DNA of 64,000 nucleotides from positions 4,098,109 to 4,162,108 of the forward strand of contig OY762721.1 in the NCBI GenBank assembly GCA_963666345.1, in the 5' to 3' direction. The notes beneath the pieces are model-generated. The model saw nothing but the letters and a program-made list of their open reading frames with translations, was not told where the DNA came from and did not search any database. The stretch is from Desulfatiglandales bacterium. Lineage in GTDB: Bacteria > Desulfobacterota > DSM-4660 > Desulfatiglandales > Desulfatiglandaceae. Below are positions 1 through 9,409 of the stretch, piece after piece (positions within the stretch are counted from its first letter, which is position 1; each line of letters begins with the position of its first letter). The position numbers were made by a program, and so were the translations under genes.

Positions 1-331
1 TTTATCGATTAGATAAGTAAGTGTCAAGAAAAAAATACCTTTTGAGCCATGATGCAGGTACCCTGTGCTCAAGCCTCCGGGTCGTCGTTTGCCGGGGAAT
101 TTGGTGAGGCAGAGAGATTACCTGAATAGCGTTTGCGTTCCCCTGAGCCGGGGCGGAAATAAGTGACTCCCTGCCTTCTCATCTCGAATATTTTATCTTT
201 AACTTGGTCATCCTACGCCCGGAATAGCGGTCTGAACCCTTTCGGGGTAAATAGATGTCCGCTCCGTGTCTGGAGTGGTTACTTTAGGAGATCAGGAAAT
301 TATGACGAGGCTGTTTTTTTATTAGACAAAT

Positions 332-1744
332 CTACAGATTCATTTTTCCCGGATTGAGGATCCCACTGGGATCCAGTAATCTTTTTATGCCTCGCATCAT
401 GTCCAGATAACTGCCTGAATGCTCAAGGGGCATAAAGGGGGCCTTGGCAAGACCGATCCCATGCTCTCCCGTCAGTGTTCCCCCGAGACTTAAGGCTAGA
501 CAAAAGATCTCTTCTGCAGCCCTGCAGGCCTGCTCGGTTTGTTCCTGATCATGCCTGTCATACATGATCTTTGGATGAAGATTGCCGTCACCTGCGTGAC
601 CGAAAACAACAAAGGGAAGGCTCAGTTTGCCGAGGATTGATGAGATACCGGTCATAAGCTCCGACACCATGGATATGGGGACGGTTACGTCTTCCGACAG
701 ATTACCCGATCCCATCTTTGCAGCTACGCTTCCGGCCCATCGTCTGGCCCGCCAGAGGGTTTCCGCCTCCTCCTGTGAGGAAGCAGTCTTGACCTGTTTT
801 GCCCGGTTTTTACCGAAAACCCCCTTGATTATCTTCATCTGAAAGGCTGTTTCAGTTTCAGTATAGCCGTCCGTTTCAACCAGTATCATTGCCGAGGCTT
901 CCGGGATATCCAGATCCGTCTCTTCTCTGAGTGTATTGAGTGTGTTTTCATCAAGAATTTCAAGGACGCTTGGTATTATTCCTGAGCTGATTACATCTTT
1001 TACAGAGTCGGCAGCGTCGGCAAGGGTTGAAAAAAAGGCCTGCGCGGTCATGCAGGCCGGAGGTCTGGGCCTTATTTTGAGTGCTATTTCAGTTATGATT
1101 CCGAGGGTCCCTTCAGAACCGACGAAAAGGCTTGTCAAATCATATTTTGCCAAGGATTTAAGACATCTGGAACCGGTCCGCAGAATCCTTCCGTCAGGCA
1201 GTACCACTTTTAGCCCCATTACATAGTCCCTTGTGACGCCGTATTTCGCCCCTCTTATGCCGCCCGCATTTGTGGCAACATTACCGCCTATCGTGCATAC
1301 GCTTCCGCTTGCCGGATCGGGCGGGAAAAAGAATCCGTAAGGACTCAGTGCCGCCTGAAGATCGTCATAAACAACACCTGGCTGAAGCATACAGGTCCTG
1401 TCGGTTATACTTATCCGAATTATCTCTTTCATTCTGCAAAGGTCCAGCACGATTCCGCCTCTGACCGGAACTGCTCCGCCTGCAAGTCCGGTCCCTGCAC
1501 CGCGCGGTACGACAGGGAAACCGTGAGCGTTGGCGATTGAACATACCTTTGATACCTGTTCGGTTGTACGCGGCCATACAGCCGCTTCAGGTCTGTGTCG
1601 ATGATCGGACGCATCGTATGAATATGATACAAGGTCGATCAGTGAATCGGTGAATCCGTCTTTTCCAACAGCATCGATCAATGATCCTTTTATGTCTTTA
1701 TTCAATCTGTTTTCCACAGGCAAAAACCCGGTTCTAAAATGCAT
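332..1744 (-). CDS. FAD-linked oxidase, GlcD/D-lactate dehydrogenase family
   Basis: PRGAGTGLAGG FAD-binding motif, PDPAS...TIGGNVATNAGG, GSEGTLG, HAGDGNLH and GEHGIG, C-terminal LNPGK. Start moved from 1861 to ATG 1744 to avoid overlap with the upstream gene; start uncertain. Confidence 0.85.
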   Translation of the reverse strand: MHFRTGFLPVENRLNKDIKGSLIDAVGKDGFTDSLIDLVSYSYDASDHRHRPEAAVWPRTTEQVSKVCSIANAHGFPVVPRGAGTGLAGGAVPVRGGIVLDLCRMKEIIRISITDRTCMLQPGVVYDDLQAALSPYGFFFPPDPASGSVCTIGGNVATNAGGIRGAKYGVTRDYVMGLKVVLPDGRILRTGSRCLKSLAKYDLTSLFVGSEGTLGIITEIALKIRPRPPACMTAQAFFSTLADAADSVKDVISSGIIPSVLEILDENTLNTLREETDLDIPEASAMILVETDGYTETETAFQMKIIKGVFGKNRAKQVKTASSQEEAETLWRARRWAGSVAAKMGSGNLSEDVTVPISMVSELMTGISSILGKLSLPFVVFGHAGDGNLHPKIMYDRHDQEQTEQACRAAEEIFCLALSLGGTLTGEHGIGLAKAPFMPLEHSGSYLDMMRGIKRLLDPSGILNPGKMNL

Positions 1745-1799
1745 AAGATTCCATCGCAGGGAAGTGTATGAAGGCTTGCCCTCTTTATCCTCAATCAGG

Positions 1800-2207
1800 T
1801 CAATCTTTGAAAGGAGTGAATTTGGGCAGGCTGACGGTTTCAGATACATCCTCCCAGACAAGGTTCACAGGCATCTCGCAGAACAGTTCAGAGGGCCTGC
1901 ATCCGACAATATTCGTAAGTATTTTTGGTCCTTCGGCAAGTTTGACAACCGCAGTTGCGTAGGGGAGGTCTTTTTTGAAGGCAGGGTGAAAGGCGATATG
2001 GTAGACGACATAACTGTATATGGCTCCTGTGCCGCCTGAAACAATCCATTTTGCTTCGAATGAATGGCACTGCGGGCATATTACCGAAGGCGGCCATCTA
2101 ACATGGTCACAATTTTTACATTTCTGAAACCTCAACTCATGTTCTCTGCAACCTTTCCAGAATTCTTTCGTATCGGCATTGGGTCTCGGAAGTGGTTTTG
2201 AATACAT
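1800..2207 (-). CDS. DUF35 Zn-ribbon/OB-fold protein (ChsH2 C-terminal-like)
   Basis: P-x-P...FW...LRFQKC-x2-C...PP..IC-x2-C zinc ribbon followed by OB fold (GAIYSY...PY...VKLAEGP); lies 1 nt after the thiolase stop. Confidence 0.9.
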   Translation of the reverse strand: MYSKPLPRPNADTKEFWKGCREHELRFQKCKNCDHVRWPPSVICPQCHSFEAKWIVSGGTGAIYSYVVYHIAFHPAFKKDLPYATAVVKLAEGPKILTNIVGCRPSELFCEMPVNLVWEDVSETVSLPKFTPFKD

Positions 2208-2208
2208 T

Positions 2209-3390
2209 TCAAAATCTCCTCAGGATTATGGCGGTGCTGCTCTGAAATACGGCCCCATTGTCCGAACATAGAATGAGCTCCGGGGTTTTGTTCCCGGTTT
2301 TCGGGCCAAGCTGCCTTTGTTCGCACCGTCCCATGAGTTGCATAACGGCCTCGGTAATCGGTGTGAGACCCATGAAATAAGACTCCGAAAGCAAGCCGCC
2401 CGAGGTGTTTACAGGGAGCCTTCCTCCGGGCGCAGCGCGCCCGTCCTTGAACCATTCCTTGCCCTCGCCGGGCCTGAAAAAACCAAAATCCTGAAGACTG
2501 ATTTCAACCGTGTAGGTAAAACAGTCATATATCTCACATGCGTCAATGGCGTGCCTTGTTATGCCTGCCATCTCAAAGGCCTTTTTGCCTGAAAGGGCCG
2601 CACCGGTCGGGCCGGCCATTATATCCGACTGATGGATATCCACGGAGGTATTGTGCTCACCTATTCCCATTATTGTGACGGTCGGATGACGCAGGTCGCG
2701 TGCCCGTTCGGTTGAAGTAATTATGCATGCCCTCCCGCCATCCGAGACAAGGCAGCAGTCATCTCTTCGGAAAGGCTCCACCACCCATTCCGAATTGAAG
2801 TAATCCCGATCAGTGAGCATTTTCTTGTTTGACATTGCAAGGGGATTAATGTTTGCCCATTTTCTCTGGCTTACCGCAATTTCCTTCCATGTGTCCGGTC
2901 CTGTTCCGAACCTATGCATTGCTCTTCTGGCCGCCATAGCAAAATTTGCAACACGGCTGAATTCTCCAAAGGCGGCAATGTCGTCCGGGTGCTCACTGTT
3001 GGTGGCACCTTCTGCAAAGCTTCTTCTGCCGGACAGGGCGTTATCGCCATAAACAAGAAGCACATAATTACAGAAACCCGCATCCAAGAGGCTTATTGCG
3101 TGGAGAACCTGCCCCCTGGCACAGTAGGATTCCTGGCTCATGATCGCCGGTTGGATTCCCAGGTGCTGCGCAACAAGGTATGGGGTTACCGCTACGTCAT
3201 TTGCAAGAGGATGGAACTGTCGGTAGCAGATAAGGCCGTCTATATTATCCTTGCCAAGCCCCGAGTCCTTTATGGCGTTGGCACACGCCTCGACATGGAA
3301 GCTGAGGGCGGAGCGCTCCGGTACCCTGCCCTGGGGGGTATATCCTACGCCGACTATGGCGTATTTATCCTTGAGCCTAGTTCCTGCCAT
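2209..3390 (-). CDS. SCP2-type thiolase-fold protein (Ltp2-like)
   Basis: AIVGVG start, DCCLVSDGG, EIYDCFT, PVNTSGGLLS motifs; paired with DUF35; start set at MAGTRL behind a GGAG. Confidence 0.85.
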   Translation of the reverse strand: MAGTRLKDKYAIVGVGYTPQGRVPERSALSFHVEACANAIKDSGLGKDNIDGLICYRQFHPLANDVAVTPYLVAQHLGIQPAIMSQESYCARGQVLHAISLLDAGFCNYVLLVYGDNALSGRRSFAEGATNSEHPDDIAAFGEFSRVANFAMAARRAMHRFGTGPDTWKEIAVSQRKWANINPLAMSNKKMLTDRDYFNSEWVVEPFRRDDCCLVSDGGRACIITSTERARDLRHPTVTIMGIGEHNTSVDIHQSDIMAGPTGAALSGKKAFEMAGITRHAIDACEIYDCFTYTVEISLQDFGFFRPGEGKEWFKDGRAAPGGRLPVNTSGGLLSESYFMGLTPITEAVMQLMGRCEQRQLGPKTGNKTPELILCSDNGAVFQSSTAIILRRF

Positions 3391-3633
3391 GTTATAACTC
3401 CGCACCAAGTATAAAGGATTCGCCTTCCCTTTGTTGCAAGGAAAGAATAAATTATCGGGGTTACCCTGTCAAGAAAGGCCAATGTCCACAGGCATATTTG
3501 TCTTTGTGAGGACATCTTAATCGGACGTTGGATTAGGGGTGCCGGCCGGGGGGGTGCCGAATTTACGGATGCTCACTTATAGGATAGGGAAAAATCGAGT
3601 TTATGGGAAAAAGAGCAAAATTGCAAAACCGGC

Positions 3634-3662
3634 TTGACACGATTCTGCAATTGTTCTAGTGT
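3634..3662 (+). promoter_or_regulatory. sigma70-like promoter for dctQM, overlapped by an imperfect palindrome (3619-3652)
   Basis: TTGACA 3634-3639, 17 bp spacer, TAGTGT 3657-3662. Confidence 0.5.
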
Positions 3663-3918
3663 CGCCATTAATTAAAACAGAAAAGGTGACCTGCCTTATG
3701 CGGAAAATATTTATCATTCAGTTTAAAACCCTCGTACCCAATACCTACATGTATTAAGGCCTGCCGCCACTGTCCCAGGTGGTCAAGCAGGCTTCCCCAG
3801 ACCCTTAATCCCAAATTACCGTAAAATTTAACAAAGACCTGTAAGGTTTGAGCCTCAGACCTATGCCCTGAGATGTCTTTTATCGAACATTTCGAATCAG
3901 GTCAAAGGAGTTTGTATT

Positions 3919-4398
3919 ATGTCCATTTTTGAAAAGCCCGTTCTTTCCCTGGTTTACAGATTCAACTGGATTTCATCGTTTTTGATCGTTGTAATGATGC
4001 TTCTGACCTGCGCCGATGTTGTCCTGCGCTTTTTTCGTCATCCGATCCCGGGTACATATGAGATCGTCGGATTACTTGGGGCACTGGTGATATCCTTTTC
4101 CCTTGCCTATACATCGGAAAAAAAAGGACATATCGCAGTGGAATTTCTAGTAAAAAGGCTGCCTGCACGACTTCAGAACCTTATAAATGCCTTTAACCTA
4201 GCCATTGCAACGGTGCTTTTTTCACTTATTACAAAGGAAAGTTTTCTCTATGCAGGAGAACTCAAAAGTGCCGGTGAGGTCTCTCTCACTCTTCATATGC
4301 CTATCTATCCCTATATATATGGTGTTGCGCTGGGATGCGGTCTTTTTTCTCTTCTTCTTGTCAAAAATACCATAACCGGCATGCGGAGGCTTTTTTAA
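3919..4398 (+). CDS. dctQ: TRAP transporter small permease
   Basis: 4 hydrophobic helices, DVVLR..F..PI.G..EI, GHIAVE motif; SD AAGGAG. Confidence 0.9.
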   Translation: MSIFEKPVLSLVYRFNWISSFLIVVMMLLTCADVVLRFFRHPIPGTYEIVGLLGALVISFSLAYTSEKKGHIAVEFLVKRLPARLQNLINAFNLAIATVLFSLITKESFLYAGELKSAGEVSLTLHMPIYPYIYGVALGCGLFSLLLVKNTITGMRRLF

Positions 4399-4399
4399 A

Positions 4400-5701
4400 G
4401 TGAATCCAATAACGGCAGGTTTTATCGGTATAGCCGCCCTGTTCCTGTTACTTTTCATGAGAACGCCGGTAGGATTTCTCATGGCCATTGTGGGTTTCCT
4501 GGGTTTCGGTTTTCTTGTATCCTTTGACGCGGCGAAGAGCCTTCTGGCCAAAGATTTTATTATGGTTTTCGGCTCCTACAGCCTTTCCGTAATACCACTC
4601 TTTGTCCTGATGGGACAGGTTGCCTTTCACTCAGGTATCAGCACGAGGCTTTTCAAGGCGGCCTACAAATGCATAGGTAACATTCCCGGTGGCCTGGCCA
4701 TAGCAACAATAGGCGCGTGCGCTGGATTTTCCGCCATATGTGGTTCAACAAATGCAACCGCGGCAACAATGGCGGCCGCGACAATTCCTGAAATGAAAAG
4801 ATATAACTACAAACCGGGTCTTGCCACCGGAGTCGTGGCGGCCGGAGGGAGCCTGGGAATACTGATACCACCCAGTGTCATATTTATCGTCTATGGAATA
4901 ATGACGGAGCAGTCGATCGGAAAACTCTTTATCGCAGGTCTTTTGCCGGGGATAATCCTTACTCTTCTGTTTATACTTTCCATATCCGTGTGGACATGGT
5001 TATGCCCCGATATAGCCCCCAGAGGCCCGAAAACAACCTTGAGGGAAAAACTCCATTCTCTGAAGGGAATATCTGAGACTTTTATCGTTTTTTCCCTCGT
5101 GATGGGAGGGCTTTTCATCGGCATGTTCACGCCGACCGAAGCAGGTGCGGTAGGCGCCTTAGGCATGATCGTGCTTGCCTTTGTGCGGCGTAAACTCTCC
5201 TGGGATTCGTTTAGAAAGTCCCTGTTTGAGACTACGCGTATTTCATGCATGATCCTGGTAATAGTGGCCGGGGCAACCATCTTCGGCCATTTTTTGGCGG
5301 TCACCAGAATCCCGTATGAGGTCGCTTACTGGATTTCCGATTCTCAGCTGCCCCCCTTTGCTATTGTGCTGCTTATTATTCTGGTGTATCTGATAGGCGG
5401 TTGTTTCATCGATGCCCTTGCATTAATAATGCTGACAGTGCCCATATTCTATCCCGCAATAGTCGAGATGGGTTACGACCCGCTATGGTTCGGTGTGATT
5501 ATCGTACTTGTTACACAGATAGGTGTTATTACCCCTCCGGTGGGAATAAATGTGTATGTTGTAGGGTCGGTGGCAAGGGATGTCCCCCTTAATGTCATCT
5601 TCAGGGGTGTGATCCCCCTGTTGATTGCACTGGTGATAGGGACGCTTATATTGATCCCTTTTCCGCAGATAACGACCTGTTTACCCAGCCTTATGGGTTA
5701 G
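4400..5701 (+). CDS. dctM: TRAP transporter large permease
   Basis: IPLFVLMG, GGSLGILIPPS, FTPTEAG, ITPPVG signatures; many TM helices. Confidence 0.95.
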   Translation: MNPITAGFIGIAALFLLLFMRTPVGFLMAIVGFLGFGFLVSFDAAKSLLAKDFIMVFGSYSLSVIPLFVLMGQVAFHSGISTRLFKAAYKCIGNIPGGLAIATIGACAGFSAICGSTNATAATMAAATIPEMKRYNYKPGLATGVVAAGGSLGILIPPSVIFIVYGIMTEQSIGKLFIAGLLPGIILTLLFILSISVWTWLCPDIAPRGPKTTLREKLHSLKGISETFIVFSLVMGGLFIGMFTPTEAGAVGALGMIVLAFVRRKLSWDSFRKSLFETTRISCMILVIVAGATIFGHFLAVTRIPYEVAYWISDSQLPPFAIVLLIILVYLIGGCFIDALALIMLTVPIFYPAIVEMGYDPLWFGVIIVLVTQIGVITPPVGINVYVVGSVARDVPLNVIFRGVIPLLIALVIGTLILIPFPQITTCLPSLMG

Positions 5702-5902
5702 GCATGCAAAAAGGTCTCAAGGATTTCCGGGTTCAAATGGAGGATGTTAAAGAATTCCGGCGCCGTCACATAGAACCTTCTTTTGCTTGCGTATACTCAT
5801 GTTTTATGCGAATAAAAAATGACGGCTTCTTTCCCGAGATGTTGCCTCAAAGCGTTATAAAAAGATTCTTTTATCGAAAAAAGCAGGTAAGAGGAGGTAT
5901 GT

Positions 5903-6427
5903 ATGGAAATGGATATCTTCGAAAAGATGGATACATCGGAGCTTGCAAAGTATATCGAATTTTTGCTTTGGCACTACAGGGTAGTCGATGCCTTCTGGTT
6001 TATATTTATTGAAGATAAATACGGCAAACCTGTTGCGGAAGAAATCAATGAAAAGGTATGGGGAAGAGTCTCAGGTATGGCGATAAAGGATTTGATTTCA
6101 AAATTCAATATAGAGGAAAAGGGACTTAAAGGCTTTACAAAGACCCTGAGACTTTTTCCATGGTGCATACTTGTTGGGTATGAAATAGAGGAATCGGATA
6201 AAGAGGTGTTTGTATCGGTAAGATCCTGTCCTACTCAGATGGCCAGGATAAAAAGAGGACTGGGTGAATATGTGTGCAAGGAAATGCACAGGAGGGAATT
6301 CGTCGGAATAGCGAATGCCGTGGATGAAAATATCGATGTGGAATGCATGTTTGCACCACCTGATCCCCATCCTGATGATATGTTCTGTAAGTGGCGTTTT
6401 ACAGTTAAGGATGGAAAAAACTGTTAG
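5903..6427 (+). CDS. Conserved hypothetical protein, DUF6125-like
   Basis: DAFWF...CPTQ.AR..RG...CK..H..EF......[10 protein letters not shown]...CKWRF pattern; SD GGAGG. Confidence 0.7.
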   Translation: MEMDIFEKMDTSELAKYIEFLLWHYRVVDAFWFIFIEDKYGKPVAEEINEKVWGRVSGMAIKDLISKFNIEEKGLKGFTKTLRLFPWCILVGYEIEESDKEVFVSVRSCPTQMARIKRGLGEYVCKEMHRREFVGIANAVDENIDVECMFAPPDPHPDDMFCKWRFTVKDGKNC

Positions 6428-6627
6428 GGCGGCTTAGGAAGTGTCATGAAAACAGAGAATTATTAATGATCGCTTAAGGAGGCTTCAGTGCATATTTGTT
6501 TGCCGGCAGCAATTTTGACCTTGACATCCGCTCTGGTAATGGCATAAAGAATAACATCATGTTTTCAGCACCTAAAAATATTGTTAATAATTCAAAGACG
6601 GAAAAAGGCTTGTCGGGCCGCCCTTTG

Positions 6628-6708
6628 ATGGTAATGTCATCGGGAGAGTCTGATCCTCAAGTGTTCGTCGACTGTAATTGGTGGTGGAACAGCTGGTGGG
6701 CATCCTGA
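6628..6708 (+). CDS. Tryptophan attenuator leader peptide 1 (...VFVDCNWWWNSWWAS*)
   Basis: Five TGG codons within 7 codons just before TGA, followed by a terminator, upstream of trpB2. Start ambiguous: ATG 6559, 6628, 6634 or GTG 6661. Confidence 0.75.
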   Translation: MVMSSGESDPQVFVDCNWWWNSWWAS

Positions 6709-6748
6709 GTGCTCTTTGACCTGTGAGTCGAAGAATTCTTAAAAAAAT

Positions 6749-6785
6749 AAAGCCCGCCCTTTTTAAAAGGGCGGGCTTTTTATTT
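6749..6785 (+). terminator. Intrinsic terminator of Trp attenuator 1
   Basis: AAAGCCCGCCCTTTT-T-AAAAGGGCGGGCTTT inverted repeat running into TTTTTATTT. Confidence 0.9.
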
Positions 6786-6800
6786 GAAAGGAAAGGATCA

Positions 6801-6857
6801 ATGATTACTAAGAGAGAGAAAAAATGGTGGTGGCTTATGCACAAGCGGCGCGGGTGA
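6801..6857 (+). CDS. Tryptophan attenuator leader peptide 2 ([18 protein letters not shown])
   Basis: SD-like AAGGAAAGGA, ATG 6801, TGG TGG TGG at 6825-6833, TGA 6855-6857; too short for the ORF track. Confidence 0.85.
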   Translation: MITKREKKWWWLMHKRRG

Positions 6858-6895
6858 ACTTCAGGCAGATGCCTTTAATGTTTACTCCAAGGCAT

Positions 6896-6934
6896 AAGCC
6901 CGCCGCTCATAAGAGCGGCGGGCTTTTTTTATTT
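6896..6934 (+). terminator. Intrinsic terminator of Trp attenuator 2
   Basis: AAGCCCGCCGCTC-ATAA-GAGCGGCGGGCTT 13-bp stem running into TTTTTTTATTT. Confidence 0.9.
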
Positions 6935-6982
6935 AATTATCTGAAAATAACAGAACAATACCGACAAAAAAAGGAGGCAACA

Positions 6983-8365
6983 ATGAGACATGAAGTGATT
7001 AATCTGGCAAAGGATGAAATGCCTAGACAATGGTACAATATCCTGGCGGACATAAAAGTAAATACGGCCCTTGGCCCGGACGGCAAGCCACTGAAGCCGG
7101 AAGACCTGGCACCTGTCTTTCCGATGAACCTCATAGAACAAGAAGTAAGCACGGAGCGGTGGATCGATATCCCTGATGAGGTAATGGATGTCCTGAACAT
7201 ATGGAGACCTTCACCTCTGATCAGGGCGCATTCTCTTGAAAGAGCCCTGGGTACCCCGGCAAAGATATATTTCAAAAATGAATCTGTGAGCCCTCCAGGA
7301 AGCCATAAGGCCAATACCGCCGTGCCTCAGGCATATTACAACAAGGAATTCGGGATAAAGAAGCTTACTACCGAGACCGGAGCGGGGCAGTGGGGAAGCG
7401 CGCTGTCCTTCGCATGCTCCCAGTTCGGTCTTGAATGCAAGGTTTTCATGGTCAGAGTAAGCTTTGAGCAGAAGCCATACAGGCGCACCATGATGCAGGC
7501 ATGGGGAGGCAACTGCGTGGCAAGCCCCAGCAGAGAAACCCAGGCAGGAAGAGATGCACTTGAAAAAGATCCTGATACTCCCGGAAGTCTGGGAATGGCA
7601 ATAAGTGAGGCGATCGAGGAGGCGGTAGGAGACGTAAGCGGTAAGACGCGTTATTCACTCGGTAGCGTCCTAAATCACGTAATGCTTCACCAGAGTATAA
7701 TCGGACTTGAGACAAAGAAGCAATTTGAAAAAATAGGCGAATATCCTGATATAATAATAGGTTGCGCAGGTGGCGGAAGCAATTTCGCGGGTCTGGCGTT
7801 TCCCTTTGCCTATGATAAAATGAGCGGCCGGGAAATAGAGATCATGCCCGTGGAACCCAATGCGTGTCCAACCATGACCAGGGGGCCCTATGTCTACGAT
7901 TTCTGCGATTCCGCCGAATATACGCCTTTGCTTCCGATGTACAGCCTTGGGCACGACTTTGTCCCTGCACCGATTCATGCGGGAGGTTTGCGTTACCACG
8001 GTATGTCACCCACGGTAAGTCAGCTCGTGACAGAGGATATAGTCTCCCCCAGGTCTGTTTCTCAAATCGACGCGTACAAGGCGGGGGTCTTATTTGCCAG
8101 GACAGAGGGTATTATTCCCGCACCTGAGACTACAAATGCCCTGGCATTGGTTGTTGAAGAGGCACAAAAGGCAAAAGAGGAGGGAAGGGAAAAGGTTATC
8201 GTAGCCAGCTTCAGCGGCCACGGCCTGTTGGATCTTGGAAGCTATGAGAGATTTTTCGCCGGTGAAATAATTGACTGTGAAATGCCAGAAGAAGTTATTA
8301 CAAACGTAAATGAGTTGCTCAAAGACTATCCGAAACCGGATTTTGTGAGCAGCCTCAGACCATGA
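6983..8365 (+). CDS. trpB2: Tryptophan synthase beta chain type 2 (TrpB-like PLP enzyme)
   Basis: [12 protein letters not shown] (PLP lysine), [47 protein letters not shown] before ATG 6983. Confidence 0.93.
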   Translation: MRHEVINLAKDEMPRQWYNILADIKVNTALGPDGKPLKPEDLAPVFPMNLIEQEVSTERWIDIPDEVMDVLNIWRPSPLIRAHSLERALGTPAKIYFKNESVSPPGSHKANTAVPQAYYNKEFGIKKLTTETGAGQWGSALSFACSQFGLECKVFMVRVSFEQKPYRRTMMQAWGGNCVASPSRETQAGRDALEKDPDTPGSLGMAISEAIEEAVGDVSGKTRYSLGSVLNHVMLHQSIIGLETKKQFEKIGEYPDIIIGCAGGGSNFAGLAFPFAYDKMSGREIEIMPVEPNACPTMTRGPYVYDFCDSAEYTPLLPMYSLGHDFVPAPIHAGGLRYHGMSPTVSQLVTEDIVSPRSVSQIDAYKAGVLFARTEGIIPAPETTNALALVVEEAQKAKEEGREKVIVASFSGHGLLDLGSYERFFAGEIIDCEMPEEVITNVNELLKDYPKPDFVSSLRP

Positions 8366-8659
8366 ATACTGGTGAATCATTCAGGGCTGATCCACCATTA
8401 AGAAGTCATGGGTAGCGTATGGTTCACGGGCTTCATTACTCGCTTCCGGGCGCCTTGCATGCAATATCTCTTTTTGGCGTTCGGGAGCAAATGGAAACCC
8501 AGGTCAGGGTTGATAGCGTATTTATCCGGCGCTGGATTTCATTCATCCTTGAATATTAAAACCCCTTTGAACCAAAGAGAAAAACGGTTAAGAAGGATGT
8601 CGCTGCGCGGCTTCCGGTTGTCGAAGGTAATCACTACGATCTGTAAGCTTTTGCCCTTA

Positions 8660-9409
8660 CTAGATCTGCACCAGATTTATGCCGCCCCATGTACCCATCG
8701 CATCATCAAGAATTACAACCCCGCCGATAATAGATGTCATGCCCTGTGCCCATTTGATCGCCTTTTTCATGTCTGTTTGCTCTCTTATCCTGTTGCACAG
8801 GGAGGTGGCGGCCGCATCTGCAACCGTAGCGGAAGTTGAAACAACGCATGCCACATGGGCCGATCCCATGCTCAAGGAATGTCCAACCACCCCGGATGAG
8901 GAACATACTCCTACAGGTGTTTGGGATCCTTTGAACCTCAGCCCGAAGCGCCCACTCAAGGGCGAATCTCCGGCCAAGATGGAGACCGTTACCGGCCTTT
9001 TCGAACTTATGAATATGTCTCCCCCGTTTTCAACTATTATCTGATCCGAGTATGTTAAAAGGCCGTTTCCGACATATTGGGCAACCGCGCCGGCAACCGA
9101 AGCCATCGGGCCCACGCCGAACTGGCGTCCTGCAGAAATCATTTCATCTACCAGAGGGGGTGAATAATCATTTTTTGTGAAAGGGTAGAGGGTCGACTCA
9201 AAATCAGGATGGTCAATAATGAAGCTTTCTATTTGAAACCTGCATTCAAAAACAAGGTCTCTTGTCTCCTTTGAAAGATCGATGTCGGCGCTTATCCACA
9301 AATCGGTTTCTTTTACCTGCACGGAAAAACAGGAGAGCCCGGTTCCATCTACACTACCCCTGTATTTTCGTTCGGCGAAAGAACCCGTTCCGGGTGTCTT
9401 CTTATTCAT
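8660..9409 (-). CDS. UPF0280 / ApbE-superfamily protein
   Basis: ETDL, VGPMASVAGA, VENGGDI, CSSSG.VGHSLSMG, ADAAAT motifs. Confidence 0.85.
   Translation of the reverse strand: MNKKTPGTGSFAERKYRGSVDGTGLSCFSVQVKETDLWISADIDLSKETRDLVFECRFQIESFIIDHPDFESTLYPFTKNDYSPPLVDEMISAGRQFGVGPMASVAGAVAQYVGNGLLTYSDQIIVENGGDIFISSKRPVTVSILAGDSPLSGRFGLRFKGSQTPVGVCSSSGVVGHSLSMGSAHVACVVSTSATVADAAATSLCNRIREQTDMKKAIKWAQGMTSIIGGVVILDDAMGTWGGINLVQI

Noticed and set aside
3757..3870. Possible cobalamin riboswitch (GCCACTG, AGACCTG fragments) before dctQ
   Set aside because: The other conserved B12-element blocks and their spacing were not found; only a simple hairpin is supported.
6496..6708. 70-aa ORF as an ordinary protein
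   Set aside because: Its TTG start lies upstream of a TTGACA box and lacks an SD; only the Trp-rich 3' part is meaningful, as a leader peptide.
6824..6982. 53-aa N-terminal extension of TrpB2 in the ORF track
   Set aside because: It runs through leader 2 and terminator 2; a strong SD AAGGAGG precedes ATG 6983, where family similarity begins.
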